Positions 1 through 8,035 of a stretch of 35,666 nt of DNA are shown here, in pieces. The first letter of the stretch is position 1. Each line of letters opens with the position of its first letter. The notes beneath the pieces are model-generated. The model was not told the DNA's origin, did no database searches, and saw nothing but the letters and a program-made list of their open reading frames with translations. The DNA is from a virus (lineage: Duplodnaviria > Caudoviricetes), in the IMG/VR virus record IMGVR_UViG_3300049167_000237, positions 1 to 35,666 of that record; one strand, given 5' to 3'. Both the position numbers and the translations under genes were made by a program.

Positions 1-1086
1 TTAGCCAAGGCGCTTTTGGTTCGCCGCCATGAGCCGCACAACCCCGTCCATCCCGTCTTTCGCCAATCGGACCTGATCAGCCTCGCGGGAGTAAAGTTCC
101 GCATGCGTGATGCTAGTATGGCCGAGCGTATCCATAATCTGCCGCGTCGTCGCGCCGCTCTCGGCCAGGAGCTTGCCGAGCGTCTTTCGGAGCCCATGCA
201 TCGTGCAGCCAGGGGCAAGGCCGGCCATCTTGGTCCAATGAGCCATGGCACCGGTCAGCGACTTCGATGAGAACGGTTCGCCGTAGGCCGTGGTCAGGAT
301 CGTCGCGCGGGTCATGTCCGTCGCGGCCAGCACCTCCTGCAGCATTGGCGTGATCGGGATGACAAGGCTACGTCCGGTCTTCTCCTGCGTGACGTATGCC
401 GCGCCGTCGATGATGTCGCCCGGCTTGATCGTCGCGACGTCGCCACGGCGATTTCCAAGCCACAGGGCCAATGCATAGGCGAGACGAGGCGTGGTTCCGA
501 TCGGCCACCGCAGCTCATAGGCCGCCCGCTCGGCTGCGGTCCATGCGCGCCAGCCTTTGGTTTCGGGCCTATATTTCAACCTGTAGGCCGGATCCGTCTT
601 GATCCAGTTCTCATCGATAGCGACATCGAGCATCTTGCGGATCAGCGTGAGCAGGTGCTTGGCGGCATGCGGCGTCGAATTGCGTTCCGCTAGAATGCCT
701 CGGATGTGGCGACGCTCGACATCGGCGATAGGCGCATCACCCCACACCAGCGCCGAATCGGGCGCAACCTTGCTCGCGAAGAACGCTTCAGCGATGGCCG
801 TCTGCTTGAACTGGCTGACGGCGGCGAGCGCCTGCCACTCGGGCGTCTCTGTCACGACCTTTCGCCAAGCCGCACGAAACGAGCGTGGCTCGGCAGCTCC
901 AGGCAGCTTTACGACCTGGGCCTTTCTCGGCTCGCGGCCCTCGACAACGGCGCGATAGGCTTCCTCGAACTCGGGATGGCCCGGCGCGTGCGGAAGCGAC
1001 ACCGTCTTTCCAGCACGGCGAAATCGCCAACGCTCTTTGCCGTGACGGTCTTTGTAGGGGCTGGCGTTGGGGTGCTCGTCGCTCAT
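1..1086 (-). CDS. int: Phage tyrosine recombinase/integrase
   Basis: 361 aa; catalytic R (NRRGD), K (QEKTG), HxxR (HGLRK), H (LGH), Y (ELYS); N-terminal YKDRHGKERWRFRR arm-binding-like segment. Confidence 0.95.
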   Translation of the reverse strand: MSDEHPNASPYKDRHGKERWRFRRAGKTVSLPHAPGHPEFEEAYRAVVEGREPRKAQVVKLPGAAEPRSFRAAWRKVVTETPEWQALAAVSQFKQTAIAEAFFASKVAPDSALVWGDAPIADVERRHIRGILAERNSTPHAAKHLLTLIRKMLDVAIDENWIKTDPAYRLKYRPETKGWRAWTAAERAAYELRWPIGTTPRLAYALALWLGNRRGDVATIKPGDIIDGAAYVTQEKTGRSLVIPITPMLQEVLAATDMTRATILTTAYGEPFSSKSLTGAMAHWTKMAGLAPGCTMHGLRKTLGKLLAESGATTRQIMDTLGHTSITHAELYSREADQVRLAKDGMDGVVRLMAANQKRLG

Positions 1087-1095
1087 GTCTTTACG

Positions 1096-1347
1096 CTAGC
1101 GGCGACCGGCGCTCTCCTGCAAGGCCGCATCGATCTTGTTGGCCGGACGGGCGTCGATGTCGGTGAAGGCCATATCGAGCGCGAAACGATCCCAGCGGAC
1201 ACAGCCGTCGATGCGCTTCGCCTTCGGCATGCGGCCATCGGCGACGAGATCGTCGAACTTCGTCGGACCGACGCCGATGTAGCGGGCAGCCTCCTCGCGC
1301 GATAGGCCGCGGGGCGGATAGGCGAGGGGGTCCGGGCGCAGGGTCAC
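1096..1347 (-). CDS. Excisionase / AlpA-like HTH DNA-binding protein
   Basis: RGLSREEAARYIGVGPTKFDDLVADGRMPKAKRIDG winged-HTH pattern directly upstream of int; GTG start overlaps the upstream stop (GTGA 1347-1344). Confidence 0.85.
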   Translation of the reverse strand: MTLRPDPLAYPPRGLSREEAARYIGVGPTKFDDLVADGRMPKAKRIDGCVRWDRFALDMAFTDIDARPANKIDAALQESAGRR

Positions 1348-1547
1348 GGCTGCGGCCTCCGGCCGATGGCCTTCCCGTCGCAATAGAGGATGCCGTCGAG
1401 CCAGACGACAGGCCGGCCCTTGTGGATAAGGTCGGTTGGGGTCGCCTGCGCGCCCCACGGCAGATCAGCGGCCCGCTCGACCTTGACGCCCGTCTCCGAT
1501 CGCTTGAGCGCCGATGCGCCGCGACGCAGCCTTCTCCTATTGGCCAT
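1344..1547 (-). CDS. Hypothetical phage protein (67 aa, MANRRRLRRG...)
   Basis: Fills the gap between overlapping neighbours in the leftward operon. Confidence 0.55.
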   Translation of the reverse strand: MANRRRLRRGASALKRSETGVKVERAADLPWGAQATPTDLIHKGRPVVWLDGILYCDGKAIGRRPQP

Positions 1548-1866
1548 GGCCGGGCTCCGGGCAGTGCGACCGCAGGAATGCCAGGGAGGCTTGCATGACG
1601 GCGGCAAGCCCATCGCTGAAGGCATGGACCCGCAGTTCTTCCTCGACATATTCGAGCCCAGCCAAGGCCCCGGCCAGCGAGGTCGGCGCAGGCGTCGCTC
1701 CATAGAGCTGTTCGATCGCGGGCCCATAGGTGGCATCCGCGAGGTCGTCCCAATCGGCGTCCGGGTCTTTCTCCAAAGTCGCGCAGAATGCGGCGGTGCC
1801 CGTCCGAACTTCCGCGATGAGATCGGCAAGCGGGTCGCCTGCCGTCGAGCATCTGGCGGCCATCAT
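1537..1866 (-). CDS. Hypothetical helical phage protein
   Basis: AGGAGG Shine-Dalgarno before ATG; start overlaps the upstream stop; acidic helical sequence with TPAPTSLAGALA motif. Confidence 0.7.
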   Translation of the reverse strand: MMAARCSTAGDPLADLIAEVRTGTAAFCATLEKDPDADWDDLADATYGPAIEQLYGATPAPTSLAGALAGLEYVEEELRVHAFSDGLAAVMQASLAFLRSHCPEPGHGQ

Positions 1867-2140
1867 GGCGCCCTCCTGGCAATGGGGTGGCTGATGCGAC
1901 GAAACGGGCCACGTATGGCCTTGGGAGCGCGGCGCGCGAGACGAGCGCATTCAGCCTGCTCGTCGGACCACTCGACGCAGCTCTCGCAGATTGTCTTGCG
2001 CTTGTGCTGAATGCGGATGATGCGGCCAGTCCAGAATTGGCTGGCGACGTCTTCATCGGAACCGCAGAACGAGCAGACCGCGCCGGAAGCCGAGCACTGA
2101 CGCGCTGCGTCGGAGGCGGAGGGAAGCGCCAGAAGCTCAT
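1863..2140 (-). CDS. ClpX C4-type zinc-finger-like small protein (start uncertain, possibly frameshifted)
   Basis: CSFCG-x23-ICESCV resembles the ClpX zinc-binding domain (CSFCG...ICxxCV). The coupled ATG at 2140 is out of frame with the finger; the nearest in-frame ATG is at 2210. Confidence 0.6.
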
Positions 2141-2373
2141 GACCGCACCACCTGCGCTTCAATGGCCTGGGCCTGCGTGAAGGCTGTGTCGAGCAACGCG
2201 ACCACGCCATCAATACGGTTGTCCAGGGCTCGGTGGATCGCCAGCAGACCAGTGCGCTGAGGTTCCGGCATACCTGCGCAGGCAAGGGCGAAGGCTTCGC
2301 AGAGATCGGCCGCCAAGCTCGCACTGTAGCGGGCCTCGTCGATGTTGATGGAGAGAGGATCATCGCCGCTCAT
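2137..2373 (-). CDS. Hypothetical phage protein (78 aa, MSGDDPLS...)
   Basis: ATGA overlaps at both ends; GAAGGA upstream of the start. Confidence 0.65.
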   Translation of the reverse strand: MSGDDPLSINIDEARYSASLAADLCEAFALACAGMPEPQRTGLLAIHRALDNRIDGVVALLDTAFTQAQAIEAQVVRS

Positions 2374-2750
2374 GACCGCATTCCTTCGCTGGTCAGCGCA
2401 GCCTCGAAAGCGACCATGTCGATCAGCGCGCGCTGGTGCAGGATGTCCTGTAAGAGCGACCACATCAGCCGACCTACATCGTCGCCGAGGCTTTCAGGCA
2501 AATCTTGGACACAAGCGTTTCCGCCGCAGACGAGCCGCCGCAGGGTCCGAGCTTTTGCCCGCAAGCCTTCCCCGGTTTCGGCCCGGGATAGAACCAACAC
2601 ACGCTCGGCTGCGCTTTGCTCCCGACAGAGCCGCTCGCCCGCTTCCTCGCTCGTGCGGTCATCATTGATGAGATCGGCAAGGGCGCTATGACGGCGGTCG
2701 GCGGCGATCAGCGCAGCGTCCGGAGTGATGCGGGAGAGGTACGCGTTCAT
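2370..2750 (-). CDS. Hypothetical helical phage protein
   Basis: ATGA coupling, GAGGTG RBS, SRAETGEGLRAKA motif. Confidence 0.7.
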   Translation of the reverse strand: MNAYLSRITPDAALIAADRRHSALADLINDDRTSEEAGERLCREQSAAERVLVLSRAETGEGLRAKARTLRRLVCGGNACVQDLPESLGDDVGRLMWSLLQDILHQRALIDMVAFEAALTSEGMRS

Positions 2751-3301
2751 GGCGCCACCTCGATCGCGCTGCGAATGGCGAGATGAGGGTCCTGGCAGCG
2801 AGCCATGTAGAATGCCGCGCCGATCTCCTCACGCGGCACGCCCGATTGAACCTCGAGCACTGACACGACCGAGTAGAGCAGCCAGTCGAGCTTTCGCTTG
2901 AGATCGCGCGCTTCCCGGTCGCGGTCATCGTTGGGGGTGAGCTCGTATAGCCTCTCGACCAAGCGATGAACGAGCAGAACTTGGTGCTGAGCTCCGAGAG
3001 CCGACGACGCTCGGGTGTATACGGCTTGGCAGAATTTGGCGTCGATCTGATCGTCGATCGCGTCTAGCGCCTCGGATGCGCGGAGGTACCGGAATGCCTC
3101 CTCGTTGGTGGTAGCCTCGTCCACCTCCGATCGCACAGCCTGGGCTCGGCCCATGGCCTCGTAAAGGCGCTGCATCTCACGGGCGAGCTTCGCCACCTCG
3201 CAGGCCGGATGGCCAAGAGAACGCCAGGTGATGGGGTCGTCAGGCGATGGCGCTGCGACGTCTGTGGCCGCATTTGGGGAGGCGTGATCCGAATGGTGCA
3301 T
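2747..3301 (-). CDS. Hypothetical helical protein, first gene of the leftward (PL-like) early operon
   Basis: GGAG 8 nt before the ATG at 3301 (ORF-track start 3316 has no RBS); TRASSALGAQHQ motif. Confidence 0.7.
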   Translation of the reverse strand: MHHSDHASPNAATDVAAPSPDDPITWRSLGHPACEVAKLAREMQRLYEAMGRAQAVRSEVDEATTNEEAFRYLRASEALDAIDDQIDAKFCQAVYTRASSALGAQHQVLLVHRLVERLYELTPNDDRDREARDLKRKLDWLLYSVVSVLEVQSGVPREEIGAAFYMARCQDPHLAIRSAIEVAP

Positions 3302-3331
3302 GGCGGCTCTCCACATGAACTGTGAGAGCCA

Positions 3332-3370
3332 TCAAGCACGACTTGATTAATCGTGTCAAGTTGCGCTTGA
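3332..3370. promoter_or_regulatory. Left operators OL1/OL2 (TCAAG-N5-CTTGA) overlapping a leftward promoter
   Basis: Perfect palindromes TCAAG-cacga-CTTGA (3332-3346) and TCAAG-ttgcg-CTTGA (3356-3370), 24 bp apart; minus-strand TTGACA at 3359-3354. Confidence 0.85.
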
Positions 3371-3377
3371 TTTCACT

Positions 3378-4058
3378 TCAATCGCGCCTGAACCGGCGGT
3401 GCTCAACCATGACGCCAATGATCCGGTCGCGGTTGTCGTCGATGACGATTTGCTCCACTGGATAGTCAGGATTTATTGGATGGAGCTCGCCAGCCAGCCC
3501 GCCGTCATCATGGCGCCGCAGGGACTTGAGCTGACGGAAAACAGCTTGGTCCTCGTGCCCCAACTCGACGAATACGAAATCTCCTGGCCTAGCCTTCACG
3601 CCTGTGTCGGCGATGACCAGGTCGCCGAAACTGAACAGTGGCGCATTGTCGTCCTCAGAAATTCGCGCGGCGAACAGCTGTCTGACCGCCGGCTTCTGCG
3701 CAAGGATGGTATCCTTCCGAATCTCGTCGTCCGGCGGCAAATCGCTTCCGAATATGCCGATTGATTGGATATCTGGCCAGCGGTACTCGCGAACGAACCT
3801 CTTTCGATCGCTATCCAGCTCAAACTTGGGTGAGAGGCGATCGCCCAAACCCTTCTGCAGCCATTGCACCTCGACACCCAGGATTTCGGCGAGGTCGAAC
3901 AATCTCAGGTTCGTCGGCTGCGTCCTGTTCGTCTCCCACTGGGAGACCGACTGGACGCTGATGTTCATTCGGCCGGCCAGCTCTTGCTGGGTCAGGCGCT
4001 TCTCAGTTCGGGCCTCACGGATGCGGGCGCCGAGTGTTTCGTTCGCTGTGCTCATCAT
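3378..4058 (-). CDS. cI: CI-like repressor (XRE HTH plus S24-like C-terminal domain with degenerate active site)
   Basis: LGARIREARTEKRLTQQELAGRMNISVQSVSQWE HTH; C-terminal GDLVIAD...PGDFV...LHPINPDYP...IIGVMVE S24 fold; divergent from cro; start taken at ATG 4058 (or 4055). Confidence 0.9.
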   Translation of the reverse strand: MMSTANETLGARIREARTEKRLTQQELAGRMNISVQSVSQWETNRTQPTNLRLFDLAEILGVEVQWLQKGLGDRLSPKFELDSDRKRFVREYRWPDIQSIGIFGSDLPPDDEIRKDTILAQKPAVRQLFAARISEDDNAPLFSFGDLVIADTGVKARPGDFVFVELGHEDQAVFRQLKSLRRHDDGGLAGELHPINPDYPVEQIVIDDNRDRIIGVMVEHRRFRRD

Positions 4059-4065
4059 GGGAGCA

Positions 4066-4128
4066 TAAAGGCCCCCTTGAACAAATTCTATCAAGTGGTA
4101 CTAGATAGTATAGTTAAGGATCACTTGA
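4066..4128. promoter_or_regulatory. Right operators OR3/OR2/OR1 in the AT-rich divergent cI/cro promoter region
   Basis: TAAAG-gcccc-CTTGA (4066-4080), TCAAG-tggta-CTAGA (4091-4105), TTAAG-gatca-CTTGA (4114-4128); each has one mismatch to the OL palindrome; 25 and 23 bp spacing. Confidence 0.8.
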
Positions 4129-4135
4129 GGGACCG

Positions 4136-4396
4136 ATGACACAGGCAGCCCCGCTACAGAAGGCGATATCGGCACTCGGAAGCGCTCGCGCGCTTGCGGC
4201 TGCGCTACGGATCACCCCTCAAGCAATCTCGCAATGGCGCGAGATCCCCGCAGGCAGGGTGATCGCTGTCGAGGGGGCTACAGGCATCCCCAGGCACGAG
4301 TTGAGGCCGGATTTCTTCCAGAGGCCCGAAGTCATCGCTCGCCAGCACGTACATGCAGGTGCGCGTAGCGCGCCCCGCGCGAGGGCTGGATCATGA
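4136..4396 (+). CDS. cro: Cro-like (YdaS-type) regulator
   Basis: LGSARALAAALRITPQAISQW...IPRHELRPDFF; GAGG RBS; divergent from cI. Confidence 0.9.
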   Translation: MTQAAPLQKAISALGSARALAAALRITPQAISQWREIPAGRVIAVEGATGIPRHELRPDFFQRPEVIARQHVHAGARSAPRARAGS

Positions 4397-4614
4397 GCGC
4401 CGAGGTCATCGAGATCGGCGATCGCATCACGGACGAGCAGAACCGCCTGTTTTACGCATGGCGAGATGCCCACGTCCTGGCGCAGGAGACGATGAACCTT
4501 CATGACGGAATCGCGGCCGGCAAAGCCTGGGCGAGGTTCATGCGATCCTTTGAGCCTGTCGCGCAGCCGTCTGCCAACGTCGTGCGGTTCGGGCCACGAA
4601 GGACCAGCCCGTGA
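4393..4614 (+). CDS. Hypothetical protein in the CII position
   Basis: 73 aa, coupled at both ends (ATGA, GTGA). Confidence 0.7.
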   Translation: MSAEVIEIGDRITDEQNRLFYAWRDAHVLAQETMNLHDGIAAGKAWARFMRSFEPVAQPSANVVRFGPRRTSP

Positions 4615-6050
4615 GTTTCGCCGGCGGAACCCCGCCGCAGCAGACCATGAGCGCGCTCGATGCCCTCAACGCAGCGGAGTTCGAGGCTGCCCTTATCGGC
4701 GGCGTGCTGAACTATCCGCAAGCCGTGGGTGCGGTGCTCGAGGCCGAGCTTGACGGCAAGCATTTTCTAGATCCGGCGCTCGGCACGCTCTGGACGCGGG
4801 TTCGCGACATCTCGCTTCGCGGCGACGTCGTGGATATCAGGACTGTCATCCAAGGTGGCGCCGAAGTGCTGGGCGGACCCGGCACGACGCTGCAGGAGCT
4901 GCAAGCCCATCTGCTAACCATCGCCATCACGCCGGCCCGGTTCCGGCAGTACGCTCGCCTCATCAAGGCCTGCTGGGCGCTGCGCGCGATTGTGGCGCAA
5001 GCCGATGACGTCAAGGCTCGCGCAACCAGCGTGGACGCCATGCAACTCGTCAACGAGGTGCTTGCCGAGATCGACGCCGTCCGCGACGTGACGCTCGACC
5101 GCCGCGGCGGCGGCCGTGGCAGCTTGAGCAAGATCGTCGGCACCCTGGCGACGTCGGCGCGCGCGATGGCCTCCGGCAGCGTTCCCCGGCCGCCAGCGAC
5201 GGGCCTGTCAGATCTCGACCGCTACCTGCCCATGAAGGGCCTTGCCGCCGGCTCACTGATCATCCTCGCCGGCCGCACCGGCATGGGCAAGACGATGGTG
5301 GCATCGTCGATCTCGAGCAAGGTCAGCGCCGCCGGGCATGGCGTATGCTTCTATTCGCTCGAGGTGCCAGCGGCCGAGATCGCGGCGCGCATCGCCTGCG
5401 AGCGGATCGGCGGCAAGGCGCCGGCATATGGCGATGTGCTCGCCGGCCTCGTGACCGAGGACGACCTCGCCCAGATCGAATGGGAGCAGGAGCACTTCGC
5501 GAAGTTCCCGTTCTACCTCGACGACACGCCAGCGATGGGCATGGCCGACATCATGGTCAGCGCCCGGCGCGAGGCGGCGAGGTTCGAGCGTGCGGGACAG
5601 AGCCTGCGCCTGATCGTCGTCGACCACGCCCAGATCGTGAAAGCCTCCAGCCGGTATTCTGGAAACCGCGTCAACGAGCTAGGCGAAGTCGCCAATGCCG
5701 CGAAGGTGATGGCCAAGCAGCTCGGCTGCGCGGTGGTGCTCTGCAGCCAGCTCAACCGTGGCCTGGAGGGCCGCGACGACAAGCGCCCGACGCTGGCCGA
5801 CCTGCGGGCCTCCGGCGAGGTCGAGGAAGCCGCCGACGCTGTCCTGATGATCTATCGGGAAGCCTATTATGTCCAGAAATCGACGAAATACCGAGAGAAC
5901 GACGTCGAGACCCATCAACATTTTGCGCGCGTGAAGAACATGGTTGAGATCGGCGTCGAGAAGTCGCGCCAAGGATCGACCGGCCGGGCCACCTTGTGGT
6001 GCGACCCGGCCCGCTCGATCGTCAGCAATCTGTATCGGGGGCAGGCATGA
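4611..6050 (+). CDS. dnaB: Replicative DnaB-like helicase
   Basis: Walker A GRTGMGKT, YSLE, IVVDH, SQLNR, DLRASGEVEEAAD, KSRQG motifs. Confidence 0.95.
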   Translation: MSFAGGTPPQQTMSALDALNAAEFEAALIGGVLNYPQAVGAVLEAELDGKHFLDPALGTLWTRVRDISLRGDVVDIRTVIQGGAEVLGGPGTTLQELQAHLLTIAITPARFRQYARLIKACWALRAIVAQADDVKARATSVDAMQLVNEVLAEIDAVRDVTLDRRGGGRGSLSKIVGTLATSARAMASGSVPRPPATGLSDLDRYLPMKGLAAGSLIILAGRTGMGKTMVASSISSKVSAAGHGVCFYSLEVPAAEIAARIACERIGGKAPAYGDVLAGLVTEDDLAQIEWEQEHFAKFPFYLDDTPAMGMADIMVSARREAARFERAGQSLRLIVVDHAQIVKASSRYSGNRVNELGEVANAAKVMAKQLGCAVVLCSQLNRGLEGRDDKRPTLADLRASGEVEEAADAVLMIYREAYYVQKSTKYRENDVETHQHFARVKNMVEIGVEKSRQGSTGRATLWCDPARSIVSNLYRGQA

Positions 6051-6979
6051 GCTGGCTTCGATGGTGGGACGGGACCTGCTCGGATCCGAAGTGGCGGGTG
6101 ATCGCGATGCGTTCAGCGCAGCCTGTCGGCAGCGTGGTTGCAGTATGGGCATGGCTGCTGGAACGAGCGCGTCAAGCCGACGGTGATCTGGGCGAGATCG
6201 ATGCTGAAGAGATCGCAGTGACCTACGGCTATGACGTCGACGCTGTATCGGCGATTCTCGCAGCGCTATCGGATAAGGGCTTGATATCCGACGGCGCGGT
6301 GAAAAACTGGCGCAAGCGGCAGCCTAAGCGAGAGGATGACAGCGCCGAGCGGGTGCAGAAATTCCGTGCGCGCAAGGCCGCAAAGCAGCTGGCGGAAAAG
6401 TCGGAGGGTAACGACGAAATCGCCGCTGACACGCAGCGAAACGCAGATGTAACGCGGCGTAACGCCCCAGAAGCAGAAGCAGAAGCAGAGAATCTCTCTC
6501 TCGTCGCTTCGCGCCGCGATCAAGGCGGAGATGGTGAAAAGCCAGTCATCAAACCGAAGTCGTCGAAGACCCCGCCGAGCCTCTTCGACGAATTCTGGCT
6601 GGCCTATCCGAAACGCGATGGAGAAAATCCGAAGCAGCCCGCTCGGAAAAAGTTCGACGCCGCCGTCAAGTCGGGCACCGATCCCGCGGCTATAACGGCC
6701 GGCGCCAGGTCCTATGCCGAGGCTGCAGCCCGGCGCGGCAATGTCGGCACGCCCTACATCGCCATGGCGTCAACCTGGCTGAACCGCCGCGGCTGGGAGG
6801 ACTACGACGCTCCTCCGCAGCGGGTCGTGGACCTCAAAGAGCGTTGGCGCGTGCCCGTTCGCCGCTGGCTGGACGATCCATCAACGTGGTGGGACGGAGC
6901 GCCGCCCGGCGAGCCCGGCTGTCTCGTACCTGACGCCGTGCTTTGTGAATTCGGTATCCAGCGACGGGGAGCAGCATGA
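6047..6979 (+). CDS. Phage replication initiator (O/DnaD-like)
   Basis: ATGA-coupled to dnaB; MSWLRWW..DPKW N-domain, NWRKRQ, SAERVQKFRARK, EAEAEAE linker, FDEFWLAYPKR and ASTWLN C-domain. Confidence 0.8.
   Translation: MSWLRWWDGTCSDPKWRVIAMRSAQPVGSVVAVWAWLLERARQADGDLGEIDAEEIAVTYGYDVDAVSAILAALSDKGLISDGAVKNWRKRQPKREDDSAERVQKFRARKAAKQLAEKSEGNDEIAADTQRNADVTRRNAPEAEAEAENLSLVASRRDQGGDGEKPVIKPKSSKTPPSLFDEFWLAYPKRDGENPKQPARKKFDAAVKSGTDPAAITAGARSYAEAAARRGNVGTPYIAMASTWLNRRGWEDYDAPPQRVVDLKERWRVPVRRWLDDPSTWWDGAPPGEPGCLVPDAVLCEFGIQRRGAA
6431..6490 (+). repeat. Iteron-like repeats (candidate origin) inside the initiator gene
   Basis: ACGC cores at 6431, 6441, 6452, 6462 (10-11 bp period), followed by (CAGAAG)3 CAGAG at 6468-6490. 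Confidence 0.55.
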
Positions 6980-7284
6980 GGCCCGATCAGCTTCAGAATC
7001 TGGCGCAAGCGATCTACGCCGCGCGCTTCGAGGGCGAGCCGCCGCGCTGCACGACGCCGTGGGACGATCTCCCGCCCGATGCGCAGGCCGTCTGGCTCCG
7101 ATGCGCCCGCGCCGCCGGCGAGTTCGAGAGCAAGCGCTGCAGCAGGATCGCCCGCATCCATTCCCATCACGCGCTTTGGGACGGGCTCATCGCCTACGGT
7201 TGGGATGAGGCCTCCGAGCGGTTCGGGCGCGGTTTGGCGCAGCGCATCGAGGAAGCAATTTTGGAAAAGGGGTCATCGGCATGA
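6976..7284 (+). CDS. Hypothetical phage protein
   Basis: 102 aa, ATGA-coupled, GGGGAG RBS. Confidence 0.7.
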   Translation: MRPDQLQNLAQAIYAARFEGEPPRCTTPWDDLPPDAQAVWLRCARAAGEFESKRCSRIARIHSHHALWDGLIAYGWDEASERFGRGLAQRIEEAILEKGSSA

Positions 7285-7610
7285 GCACGCGCGTCCGCAT
7301 CCAGGAGGACTTCGTCAGCCAAGACATCCAGCTGATGGCGATGCACTACGCCGGCCGGCGCGACAGCTACGCCATGCGCATCACGTTCGAGCCGATCGGC
7401 GAACACGACGCCATGAAGCCGGAGCACTACCAGCGGCCGCTAAACGGGCCGCCGCTGCGCGAGCTGGTGCAGTCGATCATGGATGAAGCCTGGGCCAACG
7501 GCTTCCGCCCGTCCGGCTACGGCGACGTTAAGGAGGCGACCGCTGCGGTCAAAGAGCACCTGAAGGACATGAGGGCGGTCGCTTTCCACAAGCTGGGGAT
7601 CGCATCATGA
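7281..7610 (+). CDS. Hypothetical phage protein
   Basis: 109 aa, ATGA-coupled at both ends. Confidence 0.7.
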   Translation: MSTRVRIQEDFVSQDIQLMAMHYAGRRDSYAMRITFEPIGEHDAMKPEHYQRPLNGPPLRELVQSIMDEAWANGFRPSGYGDVKEATAAVKEHLKDMRAVAFHKLGIAS

Positions 7611-8032
7611 CCTCTACCATCACCCCAGAGGAGCGCGCGGCTAAGCTGTTCGACGAGCTTGAGATCGAAGCCGGCGAGGTCTTCAGTGACAATGCTCTGG
7701 CCATCATCGCCGCAGCCATCAGGGATGCGGAGACGCAAGCGCTTCAACACCGGCGGTACATTGTGCCGGAGCCGGAAGCAGGTTGGAAGCCGCTGGCCTC
7801 GTTCACGGTTGCGGAGAAGGCCAAGCTCAGGCCCGTCGCTGAGAGCCTGGCGATGCTCGACGGCAACGCCTTCTTCACGGTCGATGCCGGCGAAGGGCGC
7901 GAATGGTACGAGGGTTATCTCGCCGAGGCCCACGCCGTCTACGAGGCGAACGGCGGCGATAACGGTTGGGCCGGCGAAGCGTCCTTTGCCAAGACCCTCA
8001 AATCCCCATCCCCTCCGAAGGACCAAGGCTGA
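7607..8032 (+). CDS. Hypothetical phage protein
   Basis: 141 aa, ATGA-coupled, high GC3 codon usage. Confidence 0.7.
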   Translation: MTSTITPEERAAKLFDELEIEAGEVFSDNALAIIAAAIRDAETQALQHRRYIVPEPEAGWKPLASFTVAEKAKLRPVAESLAMLDGNAFFTVDAGEGREWYEGYLAEAHAVYEANGGDNGWAGEASFAKTLKSPSPPKDQG

Positions 8033-8035
8033 CGG

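Noticed and set aside
1091-2140. 349-aa minus-strand ORF starting at the coupled ATG 2140
   Set aside because: Arg/Ser/Pro-rich low-information translation overlapping four better-supported genes; only its first codons may be real
4059-4094. ORF-track N-terminal extension of cI (start 4094)
   Set aside because: It runs through the OR operators; the ATG at 4058/4055 directly precedes the HTH
6468-6490. (CAGAAG)n as a phase-variable repeat or CRISPR-like array
   Set aside because: In-frame hexamer encoding the EAEAEAE linker common in phage initiators; no spacers
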